DNA of 64,000 bases from an uncultured Pseudomonadales bacterium (GCA_964633875.1 CAZWKL010000002.1:23338-87337); one strand, 5' to 3'; positions 27,004 to 35,434 are shown, counted from the first letter of the stretch. Numbers and translations: made by a program. Notes: generated by a model from the sequence alone, not told the origin.

Positions 27004-27027
27004 AGCCTCCGAACCGGAGGCTTTTTT
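27004..27027. terminator. Rho-independent terminator AGCCTCCG-aac-CGGAGGCT followed by TTTTTT (bidirectional-capable)
   Basis: Seen directly in the sequence. 8-bp GC-rich stem followed by a T-run on the plus strand. Confidence 0.6.
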
Positions 27028-27090
27028 GATTTTATTAGGCATTGGCGTTGGTTGAACGCTTGGTTGAGCACCAGTGTTTAAGCAACCTCA

Positions 27091-27303
27091 ATGCAAGGAA
27101 TATCAAGTATGAAAATACAGAAAGGACAGATGCGAGCAGACGATTTAGCTTTGCCATATTCCAAAAAAAGCCTGGAAGCGCTGGCGAATACACTGAAAAT
27201 CCACCGCTCCTTGGTGTGGCTGGATCCGGTCACCGGCAGCCTGAGTGTTAAAAAGGTTGGTCCGATGAGACAGGAAGAAGCAGAAACGAAAGAAGAGGGT
27301 TAA
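27091..27303 (+). CDS. Small hypothetical protein (70 aa)
   Basis: ORF only. Followed by a weak hairpin tctcc..ggaga plus TTTTTT at 27392..27417. Confidence 0.3.
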   Translation: MQGISSMKIQKGQMRADDLALPYSKKSLEALANTLKIHRSLVWLDPVTGSLSVKKVGPMRQEEAETKEEG

Positions 27304-27570
27304 AATTTGCGGCCAGCGTTTGTCCAAGCTACTACTACCACGACTATTATCCCTGGTTAGGGCGGGGTAGTGGTGGCACGAACTTCTCCTCTCTAACCGG
27401 GGAGATTTTTTGTTTTTCTAACCGCGGCCAGCGGAGTCAGAAACAAGGCCACAAGCAAGGCCAAGCAAGGCCAGAAACAGTGCTACAATAGAAAAAGATT
27501 TTGCTGCGGTGGGATGAGTCTGCTTCCTTGGAGGAGTATTGCCGCCGCAACAGACCAAACGAAAGGATTT

Positions 27571-29325
27571 ATGCCCGGAAAAAATAACTTAGAATTGGAA
27601 AAATTGGAAAATTTGCGCCATTCGGCTGCCCATTTGCTAGCCGCCGCCGTATTGGAGTTGCGCCCAGACACCAAACTCACCATTGGCCCTGCCACCGATG
27701 ATGGTTTTTACTACGATTTTGATTTTGCTGAGCCTTTTTCTGAGAGCGAGCTGCCTGCTGTTGAGGCTAAAATGCGTGAGCTGGTCGGTGGCTGGCACGA
27801 TTTTAAGCGGCAAGAAGTTTCTACCGAGGAGGCTTTGGCCCAGTTTGCCGGCAACCCCTACAAGGCAGAGTTGATTGCAGAGTTGGCTGAAGAAGGCCAG
27901 CAAATTTCTTTGTACCGTTCCGGTGATTTTACCGACCTCTGCCGCGGTGGCCACATCGACAACCCCGCCGAGCAGCTTCAGCATTTTGCTTTACTTGCCG
28001 TAGCCGGCGCTTACTGGCGCGGCAGTGAAAAAAATCCCATGCTCACCCGCATTTACGGCACGGCCTTTTTCAGCCAGGAGGAGTTGGCTGCTCACTTGGC
28101 CATGATCGAAGAAGCCAAGAAGCGGGACCACAAAAAACTTGGCAGAGAACTCGATCTATTTACATTTTCCGAAAAAGTTGGTTCGGGTTTGCCTTTATGG
28201 ACGCCTCGAGGCACTTTGCTGCGTGAGATTCTCAACGATTTTGTTTGGGAATTGCGCAGACAAAAAGGCTACGAAAAAGTAGAAATTCCCCATATCACCA
28301 AGAAAGATTTGTACGAAACCAGCGGCCATTGGGACAAGTTTACCAATGAATTGTTTCGCATTACCACCCGCGAAGGACATGAGTTTGCCATGAAACCCAT
28401 GAACTGTCCGCATCACACGCAAATTTTTGACAGAAAAATGCATAGCTACCGCGAAATGCCGCAGCGCTACGCCAACACCACTATGGTTTACCGTGATGAA
28501 CAATCGGGAGAACTGAATGGCCTTGCTCGGGTCCGCTGCATTACTCAAGACGATGCTCATGTTTTTTGTCGCCAATCACAGGTTAAAGAAGAAATGCTGA
28601 AAATTTGGGAGATTGTCGAAAAGTTTTATTCAGCGGTTGGCTTTGAAGTTGAACTCCGCCTCTCACTTTCTGATCCTGAGCAGCCGGAAAAATACCTGGG
28701 CTCAAGAGATTTGTGGGAAAAATCTGAAAATGAACTCAGGGCAATGGTGGCGGAACAAGGAGCTAGCGCAATTGAGCAGTTGGGTGAGGCCGCTTTTTAC
28801 GGACCCAAGCTTGATTTTATGGCTCATGATTCATTGGGTCGCGAGTGGCAAGTTGCCACTATTCAGCTTGATATGAATATGCCCGAAAGCTTTGATCTAA
28901 ATTGTATTAATGAGGACGGAGAAAAAGAGCGGATTGTGATGATCCACGCTGCCATTATGGGTTCAATTGAGCGCTTTCTTTCTATCATTATTGAACACTA
29001 TGCCGGCCGTTTTCCACTTTGGCTCTCTCCGGTGCAGGCAAAAATTCTGCCGGTTTCAGACAAGTTCAATGATTATGGCCAAAAAGTTCTGGCGGCATTG
29101 AAAGAAGCGGATGTGCGGGCGGAACTGGATGACCGCTCTGAACGACTGGGCGCCAAAATTCGCCAGGGAGAAATGGAAAAAGTGCCTTACTTGCTGGTAG
29201 TAGGTGGTCAAGAAGAGGAGGCCGGTACCGTGACCGTGCGCCGGTGCGGTGAAGATCAACAAGAAGCACTCGAACTCAAAGAATTTGTGAGGAAAATAGT
29301 AAACGAAGTTGCAGAACGTCGTTAA
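27571..29325 (+). CDS. thrS: Threonyl-tRNA synthetase lacking the N-terminal TGS domain
   Basis: Start at MPGKNNLEL. Editing-domain motif LRHSAAHLLAAAV (HxxxH). Class II catalytic core. C-terminal anticodon-binding domain. Confidence 0.92.
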   Translation: MPGKNNLELEKLENLRHSAAHLLAAAVLELRPDTKLTIGPATDDGFYYDFDFAEPFSESELPAVEAKMRELVGGWHDFKRQEVSTEEALAQFAGNPYKAELIAELAEEGQQISLYRSGDFTDLCRGGHIDNPAEQLQHFALLAVAGAYWRGSEKNPMLTRIYGTAFFSQEELAAHLAMIEEAKKRDHKKLGRELDLFTFSEKVGSGLPLWTPRGTLLREILNDFVWELRRQKGYEKVEIPHITKKDLYETSGHWDKFTNELFRITTREGHEFAMKPMNCPHHTQIFDRKMHSYREMPQRYANTTMVYRDEQSGELNGLARVRCITQDDAHVFCRQSQVKEEMLKIWEIVEKFYSAVGFEVELRLSLSDPEQPEKYLGSRDLWEKSENELRAMVAEQGASAIEQLGEAAFYGPKLDFMAHDSLGREWQVATIQLDMNMPESFDLNCINEDGEKERIVMIHAAIMGSIERFLSIIIEHYAGRFPLWLSPVQAKILPVSDKFNDYGQKVLAALKEADVRAELDDRSERLGAKIRQGEMEKVPYLLVVGGQEEEAGTVTVRRCGEDQQEALELKEFVRKIVNEVAERR

Positions 29326-29711
29326 TCGCTTGCACTGATTAAATCTACCTGCTTGTATTTCAATATTTTGTGGTCATTGGTAATCAACTGCAGTTTTTCT
29401 GTTTGGGCTTGGCAAATGAGTAATCTATCAAAGGGATCACGATGAATGTTGGGTAAATTTTGTAGTGCCAGAGTGTGATTTAACTTGATGTTTAATATTT
29501 CGAATGCATCAGAAAATAAATCTCTTGGATTTACATCTAACTTGAATTGTTGATGAGAGTTTAACTTGATGCAAATTTCCCAGGCAGAGACGACGCTGAC
29601 AATAACTAAATTTTCGGGATTTTGAATAATACTTCGAATAGAAGTGCTAAGACGCTTATCGTCTGTATGCCACCAGAGAAAGACCTGAGTATCAAGCAAG
29701 TATTTTTTCAT
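29322..29711 (-). CDS. PIN-domain toxin (VapC family)
   Basis: MKKYLLDTQVFLWWHTDDKRL ... QLITNDHKI. The stop overlaps the thrS stop by 4 nt (convergent). Confidence 0.8.
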   Translation of the reverse strand: MKKYLLDTQVFLWWHTDDKRLSTSIRSIIQNPENLVIVSVVSAWEICIKLNSHQQFKLDVNPRDLFSDAFEILNIKLNHTLALQNLPNIHRDPFDRLLICQAQTEKLQLITNDHKILKYKQVDLISASD

Positions 29712-29953
29712 TCTAAATCCGCTAAATCTCCATAAAAGAGCTTGAGAATCTCAGGGGATAGTTCGTTGAAGTTATCTGGAATATTGATTTTGCCTTTGAA
29801 CTGACCGGGTTTTCGCGACTCGGCAAATTTATAAGGAACTAATTTGACAACTGGTTTTCCGGACTTAGCAATAATAACTTCCTCTCCATCTAGTGCCTCG
29901 TTGACTAATTTAGAAAGTTGAGTTTTTGCCTGGTGCATATTAATTATTTTCAT
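29708..29953 (-). CDS. Phd/YefM-family antitoxin
   Basis: MKIINMHQAKTQLSKLVNEALDGEEVIIAKSGKPVVKLVP. ATGA overlap with the PIN gene. Confidence 0.75.
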   Translation of the reverse strand: MKIINMHQAKTQLSKLVNEALDGEEVIIAKSGKPVVKLVPYKFAESRKPGQFKGKINIPDNFNELSPEILKLFYGDLADLE

Positions 29954-29965
29954 ATTGCTGTCTCC

Positions 29966-29988
29966 AAGTTAGCTAACTGGACTAACTT
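29966..29988. promoter_or_regulatory. Inverted repeat AAGTTAG-N9-CTAACTT with an internal palindrome TTAGCTAA upstream of phd; candidate operator
   Basis: Seen directly in the sequence, 13 nt upstream of the phd start. Confidence 0.4.
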
Positions 29989-30078
29989 AGAGTATAGCAA
30001 CAGCTGGTATTAAAGTAAATATACCCACTGTTTCTTGCATCAAGCGTAGAAAAACCCCACTTTACTAATGGAGTTTAT

Positions 30079-30774
30079 CTAAATCTCCACCCGTACGCCG
30101 GGGCTCATGGAAGCCGATAAAGTCAGTTTCACCAGTTTTGGACCAACCGCACTGATTAAGGCCTCGATATTTTCCGCCAATTTATCCGTGTCCATGGAAA
30201 CTTTACCAACAGACACATGCAGAACCGGCTCTTTTTTGTTGGTTTTCAGCACCGTAGTGCCGGCTTCGAGCTCTTTTTTCTTGGCTTTGGGGTTGGGGGT
30301 GAGAGTGCCGCTTTTAGGATTGGGCATCAGGCCTTTGGGACCCAAGACTTTACCGAACTTAGCCAATTTAGGCATATACTGCGGCTCGGCGATCAGCACG
30401 TCAATGCCTGCCACCTCGCCCGCTTCGATTTGAGCCAGGACTTTGTCATCAACAATCACTGCCTTCACTGACTTGCCGGTGCTGTGGGGCAGCGTGACTG
30501 AGCCAACTTGACCAACCTCCCGCACCACCAGAGCGGCAGTAACAGTGCCGTCAAACTTGGAGTAGGAAAGATCCTTCACCAACTCCACGGCATTGACCAC
30601 CTTATATTTTTTGGTTTTGTCCAGTTTAGCGCGATGAGCGCGGTATTTTTTGCTGCGGGATCTTTGCGGCGCGGGTTTCTTGCTGGTTTTTTCAGCTTCA
30701 GCCGGCGTTTCCGCTTCGACAATCTTGACTTCGTCCGTAGTAGCGGACATATCAACGTTTTTTTTGGCTCCCAT
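30079..30774 (-). CDS. rplA: Ribosomal protein L1
   Basis: 231 aa. KKYRAHRAKLDKTKKYKVVNAVELVKDL...GKSVKAVIV. Confidence 0.93.
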   Translation of the reverse strand: MGAKKNVDMSATTDEVKIVEAETPAEAEKTSKKPAPQRSRSKKYRAHRAKLDKTKKYKVVNAVELVKDLSYSKFDGTVTAALVVREVGQVGSVTLPHSTGKSVKAVIVDDKVLAQIEAGEVAGIDVLIAEPQYMPKLAKFGKVLGPKGLMPNPKSGTLTPNPKAKKKELEAGTTVLKTNKKEPVLHVSVGKVSMDTDKLAENIEALISAVGPKLVKLTLSASMSPGVRVEI

Positions 30775-30846
30775 ATAATCTCCTTTTTCCTGGTTGGGCG
30801 ATTTTTAGGGCTCGCACCAGGATAAGTACTAACGATACTTAATAGT

Positions 30847-31272
30847 TTATAACTCCACTTGCACACCCATGCTGCGGGCAGTACCGGCTACGGTTTTGAT
30901 GGCCGCATCCAGGTTTTCGGTATTCAAATCCGGCAATTTTTTCTCAGCAATGGCGCGGATTTGATCTTGAGACAAAGTGCCAACATGATCACGTCCGGGC
31001 TTTTCACTGCCTGATTTAAGTTTCAAAGCCTGCTGAATCATGGCCGAAACCGGCGGCAGTTTCAGCTCAAAAGTGAAAGATTTGTCTTTGTAAACGGTAA
31101 TTTCCGCGGGAATAGTTTCGCCGCGCCGGTCGGCGGTGGCGTCATTATACTGCTTGATAAAGTCCATCATGTTGATACCGGCCTGGCCGAGAATCGGTCC
31201 AACCGGAGGAGCCGGAGTAGCGGTACCGGCCGGTAGGTTGAGCTTGAGGACTTGGTCTACTTTTTTTGCCAT
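30847..31272 (-). CDS. rplK: Ribosomal protein L11
   Basis: MAKKVDQVLKLNLPAGTATPAPPVGPILGQAGINMMDFIKQYN. Confidence 0.92.
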   Translation of the reverse strand: MAKKVDQVLKLNLPAGTATPAPPVGPILGQAGINMMDFIKQYNDATADRRGETIPAEITVYKDKSFTFELKLPPVSAMIQQALKLKSGSEKPGRDHVGTLSQDQIRAIAEKKLPDLNTENLDAAIKTVAGTARSMGVQVEL

Positions 31273-31323
31273 AATAAACTCTTTCTGAATCAACGATTAT
31301 AACACATCTCGGTTTGTAATAAT

Positions 31324-31959
31324 TTAAACTTTTTTGACTTGCAGGAAGTCGAGTGTCACCGGAGTTTCCCGGCCGAAAATATTCACCAGCACTTCCACCT
31401 GGCCTTTTTCTTCGTCAATGCCATTGACAGTGCCGAGGAAGTCATTGAACGGCCCATCGGTGATGCGCACCGCTTCGCCCTCGACGTAATCAGCCTTGTA
31501 TTGTGGCGCGGCTTGAGTCATGTACTTCTTGATGGCTTCCACCTCGTGTTTGGGCAGAGCGGTGGGTTTGTTGCCAACGCCGACAAAGCCGGTCACGCCT
31601 TGAGTAGTGCGGACAGCCAGCCAAGAATCATCGGTCAATTCCATTTGTACCAGCATGTAGCCGGGGAAAATTTTCTCACTCACAGTTTTGCGCTGACCGC
31701 GCTTAATCTGAATTTTTTCTTGAGTCGGGATGAGCACAGCCAGAATTTTGCCGGTGAGATTGAGCGTTTCGGCGCGCTGTTTCAAAGTTTCTGCTACTTT
31801 GTTTTCGTGGCCGGAATAGGTATGAACCACATACCAGCGGGCTTTGCGATTTTCCGCTTCCGAAATACGAATAATATTAGGTGAATCAACTTTGACTTCC
31901 TGAATTTCAGGAGGTGTGAGCTGTTGGTTGTCGTTATTGTCTGCCATAATTGCTGCCAT
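31324..31959 (-). CDS. nusG: Transcription termination/antitermination factor NusG
   Basis: KARWYVVHTYSGHENKVAETLKQR (NGN domain). GEAVRITDGPFNDFLGTV (KOW domain). Confidence 0.9.
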   Translation of the reverse strand: MAAIMADNNDNQQLTPPEIQEVKVDSPNIIRISEAENRKARWYVVHTYSGHENKVAETLKQRAETLNLTGKILAVLIPTQEKIQIKRGQRKTVSEKIFPGYMLVQMELTDDSWLAVRTTQGVTGFVGVGNKPTALPKHEVEAIKKYMTQAAPQYKADYVEGEAVRITDGPFNDFLGTVNGIDEEKGQVEVLVNIFGRETPVTLDFLQVKKV

Positions 31960-31964
31960 TCTTT

Positions 31965-32183
31965 CTACAGATTTGTCACTACAAAAGACATCAGTTCTTG
32001 GAAAAAATAGTCCAAGGCACCAATGTAAGCGCCGATAATAATAGTCACCCCGATCACCAGAATTGTCATCTCAATGGTTTGACTTTTATCAGGCCAGGAG
32101 ACTTTTTGCATCTCCCTGCCAACTTGTCGCAAGTAGGTAGTGGGGTTGACCATAGGCAAAGTATTGTAGCAAAGAATGGTCAA
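31965..32183 (-). CDS. secE: Preprotein translocase subunit SecE
   Basis: 72 aa with a single TM. VSWPDKSQTIEMTILVIGVTIIIGAYIGALDYFF. Located immediately upstream of nusG. Confidence 0.75.
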   Translation of the reverse strand: MTILCYNTLPMVNPTTYLRQVGREMQKVSWPDKSQTIEMTILVIGVTIIIGAYIGALDYFFQELMSFVVTNL

Positions 32184-32281
32184 TTATGAAATACCTAGGC
32201 CATTGACTGGCTTTAGAAAATATGAAATTGTATGAAGAGTGAGAATTCGTGGTTTAAGATGCGGCCATCATAACCAAATTC

Positions 32282-32312
32282 TTACAAATCAAGCGGTCTA
32301 TTTTGTTATAAT
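32282..32312 (+). promoter_or_regulatory. Promoter with an extended -10 (TGtTATAAT) and a -35-like TTACAA
   Basis: TATAAT at 32307..32312 preceded by TGt. TTACAA at 32282..32287 (spacer 19). Confidence 0.4.
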
Positions 32313-32319
32313 TTAGGTA

Positions 32320-32480
32320 CAAAAGAAGCACTTTAACAACCGCGTGTGAGAGGCACAGGAATTTTCCTGAACACCTTACATAAGGGCTGATGGATCGTCG
32401 CTTGGCGCTGTGGCGCTGGGCGCATCCTGCCCACCTGCAAATTGCGGGAACATGGTGTCTCTCACACCCGGCGGTTAAAG
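32320..32480 (+). ncRNA. Unclassified structured RNA candidate (about 140-160 nt) with a long closing helix and three internal hairpins
   Basis: 5' arm AACCGCGTGTGAGAGGCAC (32338..32356) pairs with 3' arm GTGTCTCTCACAC..CCGGCGGTT (32455..32476): a 13-bp core with one G-U, extendable to about 18 bp. Internal hairpins: CAGGAAttTTCCTG, GCGCtgtgGCGC and CCTGCaaattGCGGG. The single G-U pair favours the plus strand. Confidence 0.45.
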
Positions 32481-32524
32481 GCGTTTTGGGCTTCTGATCT
32501 AGTCCTATATGGTAAAATATATTC

Positions 32525-32923
32525 ATGATTGAAGAGAAAATAGGGGAAGATTTAGCAAAGATTGCTGATCTTTTTGAAAATTTGCTAAAGCCCGCTGTGG
32601 ATTTAAGGAATAGTATTGCTCCGGAAATGGAGTATGTTGCTTCCGGAGTTATGTTATATTTTGTTCTTTCCATAATGCTAAAACATGGTATTTTTTCTGA
32701 AAACATGTCCGGTGCCGGGTTGGTAGTGACCAAGCAAATGGCGGATGCTTTGAGTCAATTTATTGACACAAAGACTAGTGTAAGTTCAGAAGCAGTCTAT
32801 GGAGCAGTAGCAGGAACTTATGCTTTGTTCGTGATTGATGGCGCGCGGCGGATAACAAAAGAAAGGCTGCCGCAGATTTTGGCTTGGTTTCGAGTATTTG
32901 TTCTGCACAATTCCTCTGAATAA
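32525..32923 (+). CDS. Hypothetical protein (132 aa) downstream of the structured RNA
   Basis: ORF with one hydrophobic segment. No recognisable motif. Confidence 0.45.
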   Translation: MIEEKIGEDLAKIADLFENLLKPAVDLRNSIAPEMEYVASGVMLYFVLSIMLKHGIFSENMSGAGLVVTKQMADALSQFIDTKTSVSSEAVYGAVAGTYALFVIDGARRITKERLPQILAWFRVFVLHNSSE

Positions 32924-32984
32924 TGGTAAAATCTCACGCATGTGGGCGTTGCTGTGGTGCAGCGCGTTCTTTAAATTAAAAATT

Positions 32985-33059
32985 GCCCAGATAGTTCAGT
33001 GGTAGAACGCCTTCTTGGTAAGAAGGAGGTCGAGGGTCCGATTCCCTCTCTGGGCTCCA
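32985..33059 (+). tRNA. tRNA-Thr (anticodon GGU), CCA encoded
   Basis: gcccagatagttcagtggtagaacgccttcttggtaagaaggaggtcgagggtccgattccctctctgggctcca. Anticodon loop UUGGUAA. Position anchored to the overlapping ORF-track frame. Confidence 0.88.
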
Positions 33060-33108
33060 GTATTAGTTCAGGAAAGATACTGTGTCTTGCCTCAGCAGTG
33101 GGGCAGAT

Positions 33109-33191
33109 GCCAGGTTACCCAAGCGGCCAACGGGGGCAGACTGTAAATCTGCTGGCTCACGCCTACGTAGGTTCGAATCCTACACCTGGCA
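33109..33191 (+). tRNA. tRNA-Tyr (anticodon GUA), type II long variable arm
   Basis: gccaggttacccaagcggccaacgggggcagactgtaaatctgctggctcacgcctacgtaggttcgaatcctacacctggca. Anticodon loop CUGUAAA. Confidence 0.88.
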
Positions 33192-33670
33192 CTTTGATAA
33201 TAGTTTGATAATAGAACGATTCTTTTCTAAGTTAATCAGCGTAAATATCTTCTCGAGTTAAAGTATCAAGAGGAGAACCGATATCTTTAGACTGAAAAAT
33301 TATTTTCTTTTTATTCTTTTTAGTTTTTCCGACTATATACCTTTTTTGGTTTTTTGGTGTTTGTGGTAGCTTTGGTTAATTTCATAAAACATATTATGAC
33401 ATAAATATATGGCAGGATTGATTCCTGTAGTTTATAATGCACGCACCTTGCATATAATGGAGAAGATGGTAATAAAATAGCGGAATGAAGTTTTTGATTT
33501 TGGGATTACTGAGGCCGCCGCCTCAAAAAACCAATCAGCGCGAAGAAAGACAATTTTTCCGAGTGAGCTTGATCCGCCGTCGGGAAAACTGGGAAATAAA
33601 CCCATTTTTTATAGGCGGATCATGCAGGCCGGTGTTGCTGGCCGGCACTCAGAAAAATTGTTTTCTGAAC

Positions 33671-33744
33671 GCCATCTTAGCTCAGTTGGTTAGAGCGACG
33701 GTTTTGTAAACCGTAGGTCCGGGGTTCGAATCCCCGAGATGGCT
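33671..33744 (+). tRNA. tRNA-Thr (anticodon UGU)
   Basis: gccatcttagctcagttggttagagcgacggttttgtaaaccgtaggtccggggttcgaatccccgagatggct. Anticodon loop UUUGUAA. Confidence 0.88.
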
Positions 33745-33809
33745 CAAGAGAGCAGCTTGTGTTACAATACTTCCTCTTGAGTTTACGAAAGCAAAATAAT
33801 AAGGAAAAT

Positions 33810-34013
33810 ATGGCAAAAGCAAAAAAAGGACCAAGACAAATCGCCGGTTTAAAGTGTGATGCTTGTGGCTCGTTCAACTACTTGACCGAATACAACAAAA
33901 ATAACGAAACCTTGATGAAACAGACCAAGAACGTGAGTACTTTTCCCCTCAAGAAATACTGTAACGTTTGCCGCGCTCATCAATCTCACGTGATGGCTAA
34001 AAAACTGAAGTAG
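33810..34013 (+). CDS. rpmG: Ribosomal protein L33
   Basis: MAKAKKGPRQIAGLKCDACGSFNYLTEYNKNNETLMKQTKNVSTFPLKKYCNVCRAHQSH. Zn-ribbon CxxC...CxxC. Confidence 0.85.
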   Translation: MAKAKKGPRQIAGLKCDACGSFNYLTEYNKNNETLMKQTKNVSTFPLKKYCNVCRAHQSHVMAKKLK

Positions 34014-34041
34014 ATTTTTTTAGCGAATTAGCGCGAAGCAA

Positions 34042-35367
34042 TCACATCTCTTTTCGCGCCAGCTTCACTACTTTGACAATTTCTTTGGCGCCATTCAAGA
34101 AAAGCGGATCAAGTTTGTGCGCGTTGAGCATGGCTTGCTCGATCCAGGACTGAGATTTCCCCTGAGAAGAGCGGAGAACTGCCAGCTGAGAAACAATGTG
34201 GGCCACGTCCGCCTGCCTGGAAATTGCTTTTTGCTCAAAAATAACCCTGATTCGCTCTTCCCATTCGCCCCATTCAGCCAGTGACAGGATAAAGCTGCCG
34301 GAGGCGGCCGCGTCGTAGGCCATGTCGCCGGAAGGTTTGGAAAGGAAGCCGTGCGCCCAAGGAAAGCCGTACTTGATGAGCATTTCGTTGGCGTCGACAA
34401 TTTGCGGATGGTAGAGAACCCGAAACCTAGCCTTTTTGTCCGCCAGTTTGCCGGGCGCTATTCTGGCTCTGCCGGCAAGAAAAACCGCTTCTTCATAAAT
34501 ATCCCGATGGGTGCCGGCGTAGACCAACAGCCGGAGTTGTGGGTCGCGCTTTCTTAATTCCGGCAGCAGTTGCTCGAGGAGGTTGAGGATTTCTTGCTTG
34601 TTGGTGCCGAGGCCGCCGGTGGTGAGGGCGAGATTGAGCGGGCCGCTGCGCCACGGGTTTTTTTTGGTTTTGGCGGCGATGACACGCGGATCCACCGGCG
34701 GCCCAGTCACAATAATTCTGTCCGGCTCGGCTTCAATCCCTAACTTGGCTGCCTTTTCCAAAAATTCCGTCTTAGTATTTTCATCAAAAGTACAAAACCA
34801 AAGATTGCTTTTATCCGCGTTAGTCACATACTCTGTTCTCACATGCGGATCAGTAATCACTTGCACCACTTTTTTGCCTTGTTCAGCCAAAATATTACCG
34901 GCGGCAATATGAAAAGAGAGAATTGGCCGGTGAATATTTTCCGTTAAGTAAAGCAGCGGCGGCGTAATACTACTCAGAATTGGCAACTTTTGCCTGCCAA
35001 AATTATCAATAAAATCCTTGACGGTTTTCAAAATCGAGTAGCGGGCAATGGTTTTGCCAACCGCTTGGGTGAACTCAATCGAAAACCAATTCTTTTTAGA
35101 AACGTAATTGGTGGGTTCCACAATCCAGGCCCGATCCGGCCGCAGCCGGTCCCCCCAAATCTGAGTCGCCACCCCCAGCGCCATCGAGTAATGCGCCCGC
35201 GAAAACACCACGTCGGGAATGGTATCATCATCCGGCAAACCATGCATCCGCTTGAGGTCCTCCTTGTAAGTGGCCGAAACAGTCACAATCGGAATCTCGG
35301 TTTGCTCAAGCAGGCGCTTGTCTTCTCGATAAGTTTTGACTAAATGAGGGTCGAATAATTCAGGCAT
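34042..35367 (-). CDS. Putative GT-B glycosyltransferase (MGDG-synthase/MurG-like C-terminal half)
   Basis: NLALTTGGLGTNKQEIL and FLSKPSGDMAYDAAASGSFIL resemble the C-domain nucleotide-sugar binding motifs of GT28-type enzymes. Assignment tentative. Confidence 0.5.
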   Translation of the reverse strand: MPELFDPHLVKTYREDKRLLEQTEIPIVTVSATYKEDLKRMHGLPDDDTIPDVVFSRAHYSMALGVATQIWGDRLRPDRAWIVEPTNYVSKKNWFSIEFTQAVGKTIARYSILKTVKDFIDNFGRQKLPILSSITPPLLYLTENIHRPILSFHIAAGNILAEQGKKVVQVITDPHVRTEYVTNADKSNLWFCTFDENTKTEFLEKAAKLGIEAEPDRIIVTGPPVDPRVIAAKTKKNPWRSGPLNLALTTGGLGTNKQEILNLLEQLLPELRKRDPQLRLLVYAGTHRDIYEEAVFLAGRARIAPGKLADKKARFRVLYHPQIVDANEMLIKYGFPWAHGFLSKPSGDMAYDAAASGSFILSLAEWGEWEERIRVIFEQKAISRQADVAHIVSQLAVLRSSQGKSQSWIEQAMLNAHKLDPLFLNGAKEIVKVVKLARKEM

Positions 35368-35434
35368 GCAGTTAGCATATCTAAGAAAGAATTTGCGGTC
35401 TAGTAGCAGCGGCGTGTTACAATATTACTCTTAA

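Noticed and set aside
27340-27420. Possible T-box upstream of thrS (AGTGGTGGCACGAAC followed by a hairpin plus T-run)
   Set aside because: Only the GGUGGNAC half of the T-box core matches. The UGGC bulge would not pair with the U-discriminator of the Thr tRNAs in this window. The hairpin is better explained as the terminator of the small upstream ORF 27091..27303.
32338-32476. Structured element considered as SRP (4.5S), 6S, tmRNA or RNase P RNA
   Set aside because: It lacks the SRP helix-8 GGAA/AGCAGC motifs, the RNase P P4 sequences (AGGAAAGUCCGGGCUCC), the tmRNA tag-reading frame, and the 6S bubble architecture. It is kept as an unclassified RNA candidate.
32254-32733. Minus-strand 159-aa ORF spanning the structured RNA and the 32525..32923 gene
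   Set aside because: It overlaps a plus-strand ORF with better coding character. Its translation is Cys/Ser/Arg-rich and it reads through the long RNA helix. It is judged spurious.
32999-33709. Plus-strand ORFs 32999..33208 and 33485..33709
   Set aside because: They run through the tRNA-Thr and tRNA-Tyr genes and the second tRNA-Thr. These are tRNA sequences read as codons.
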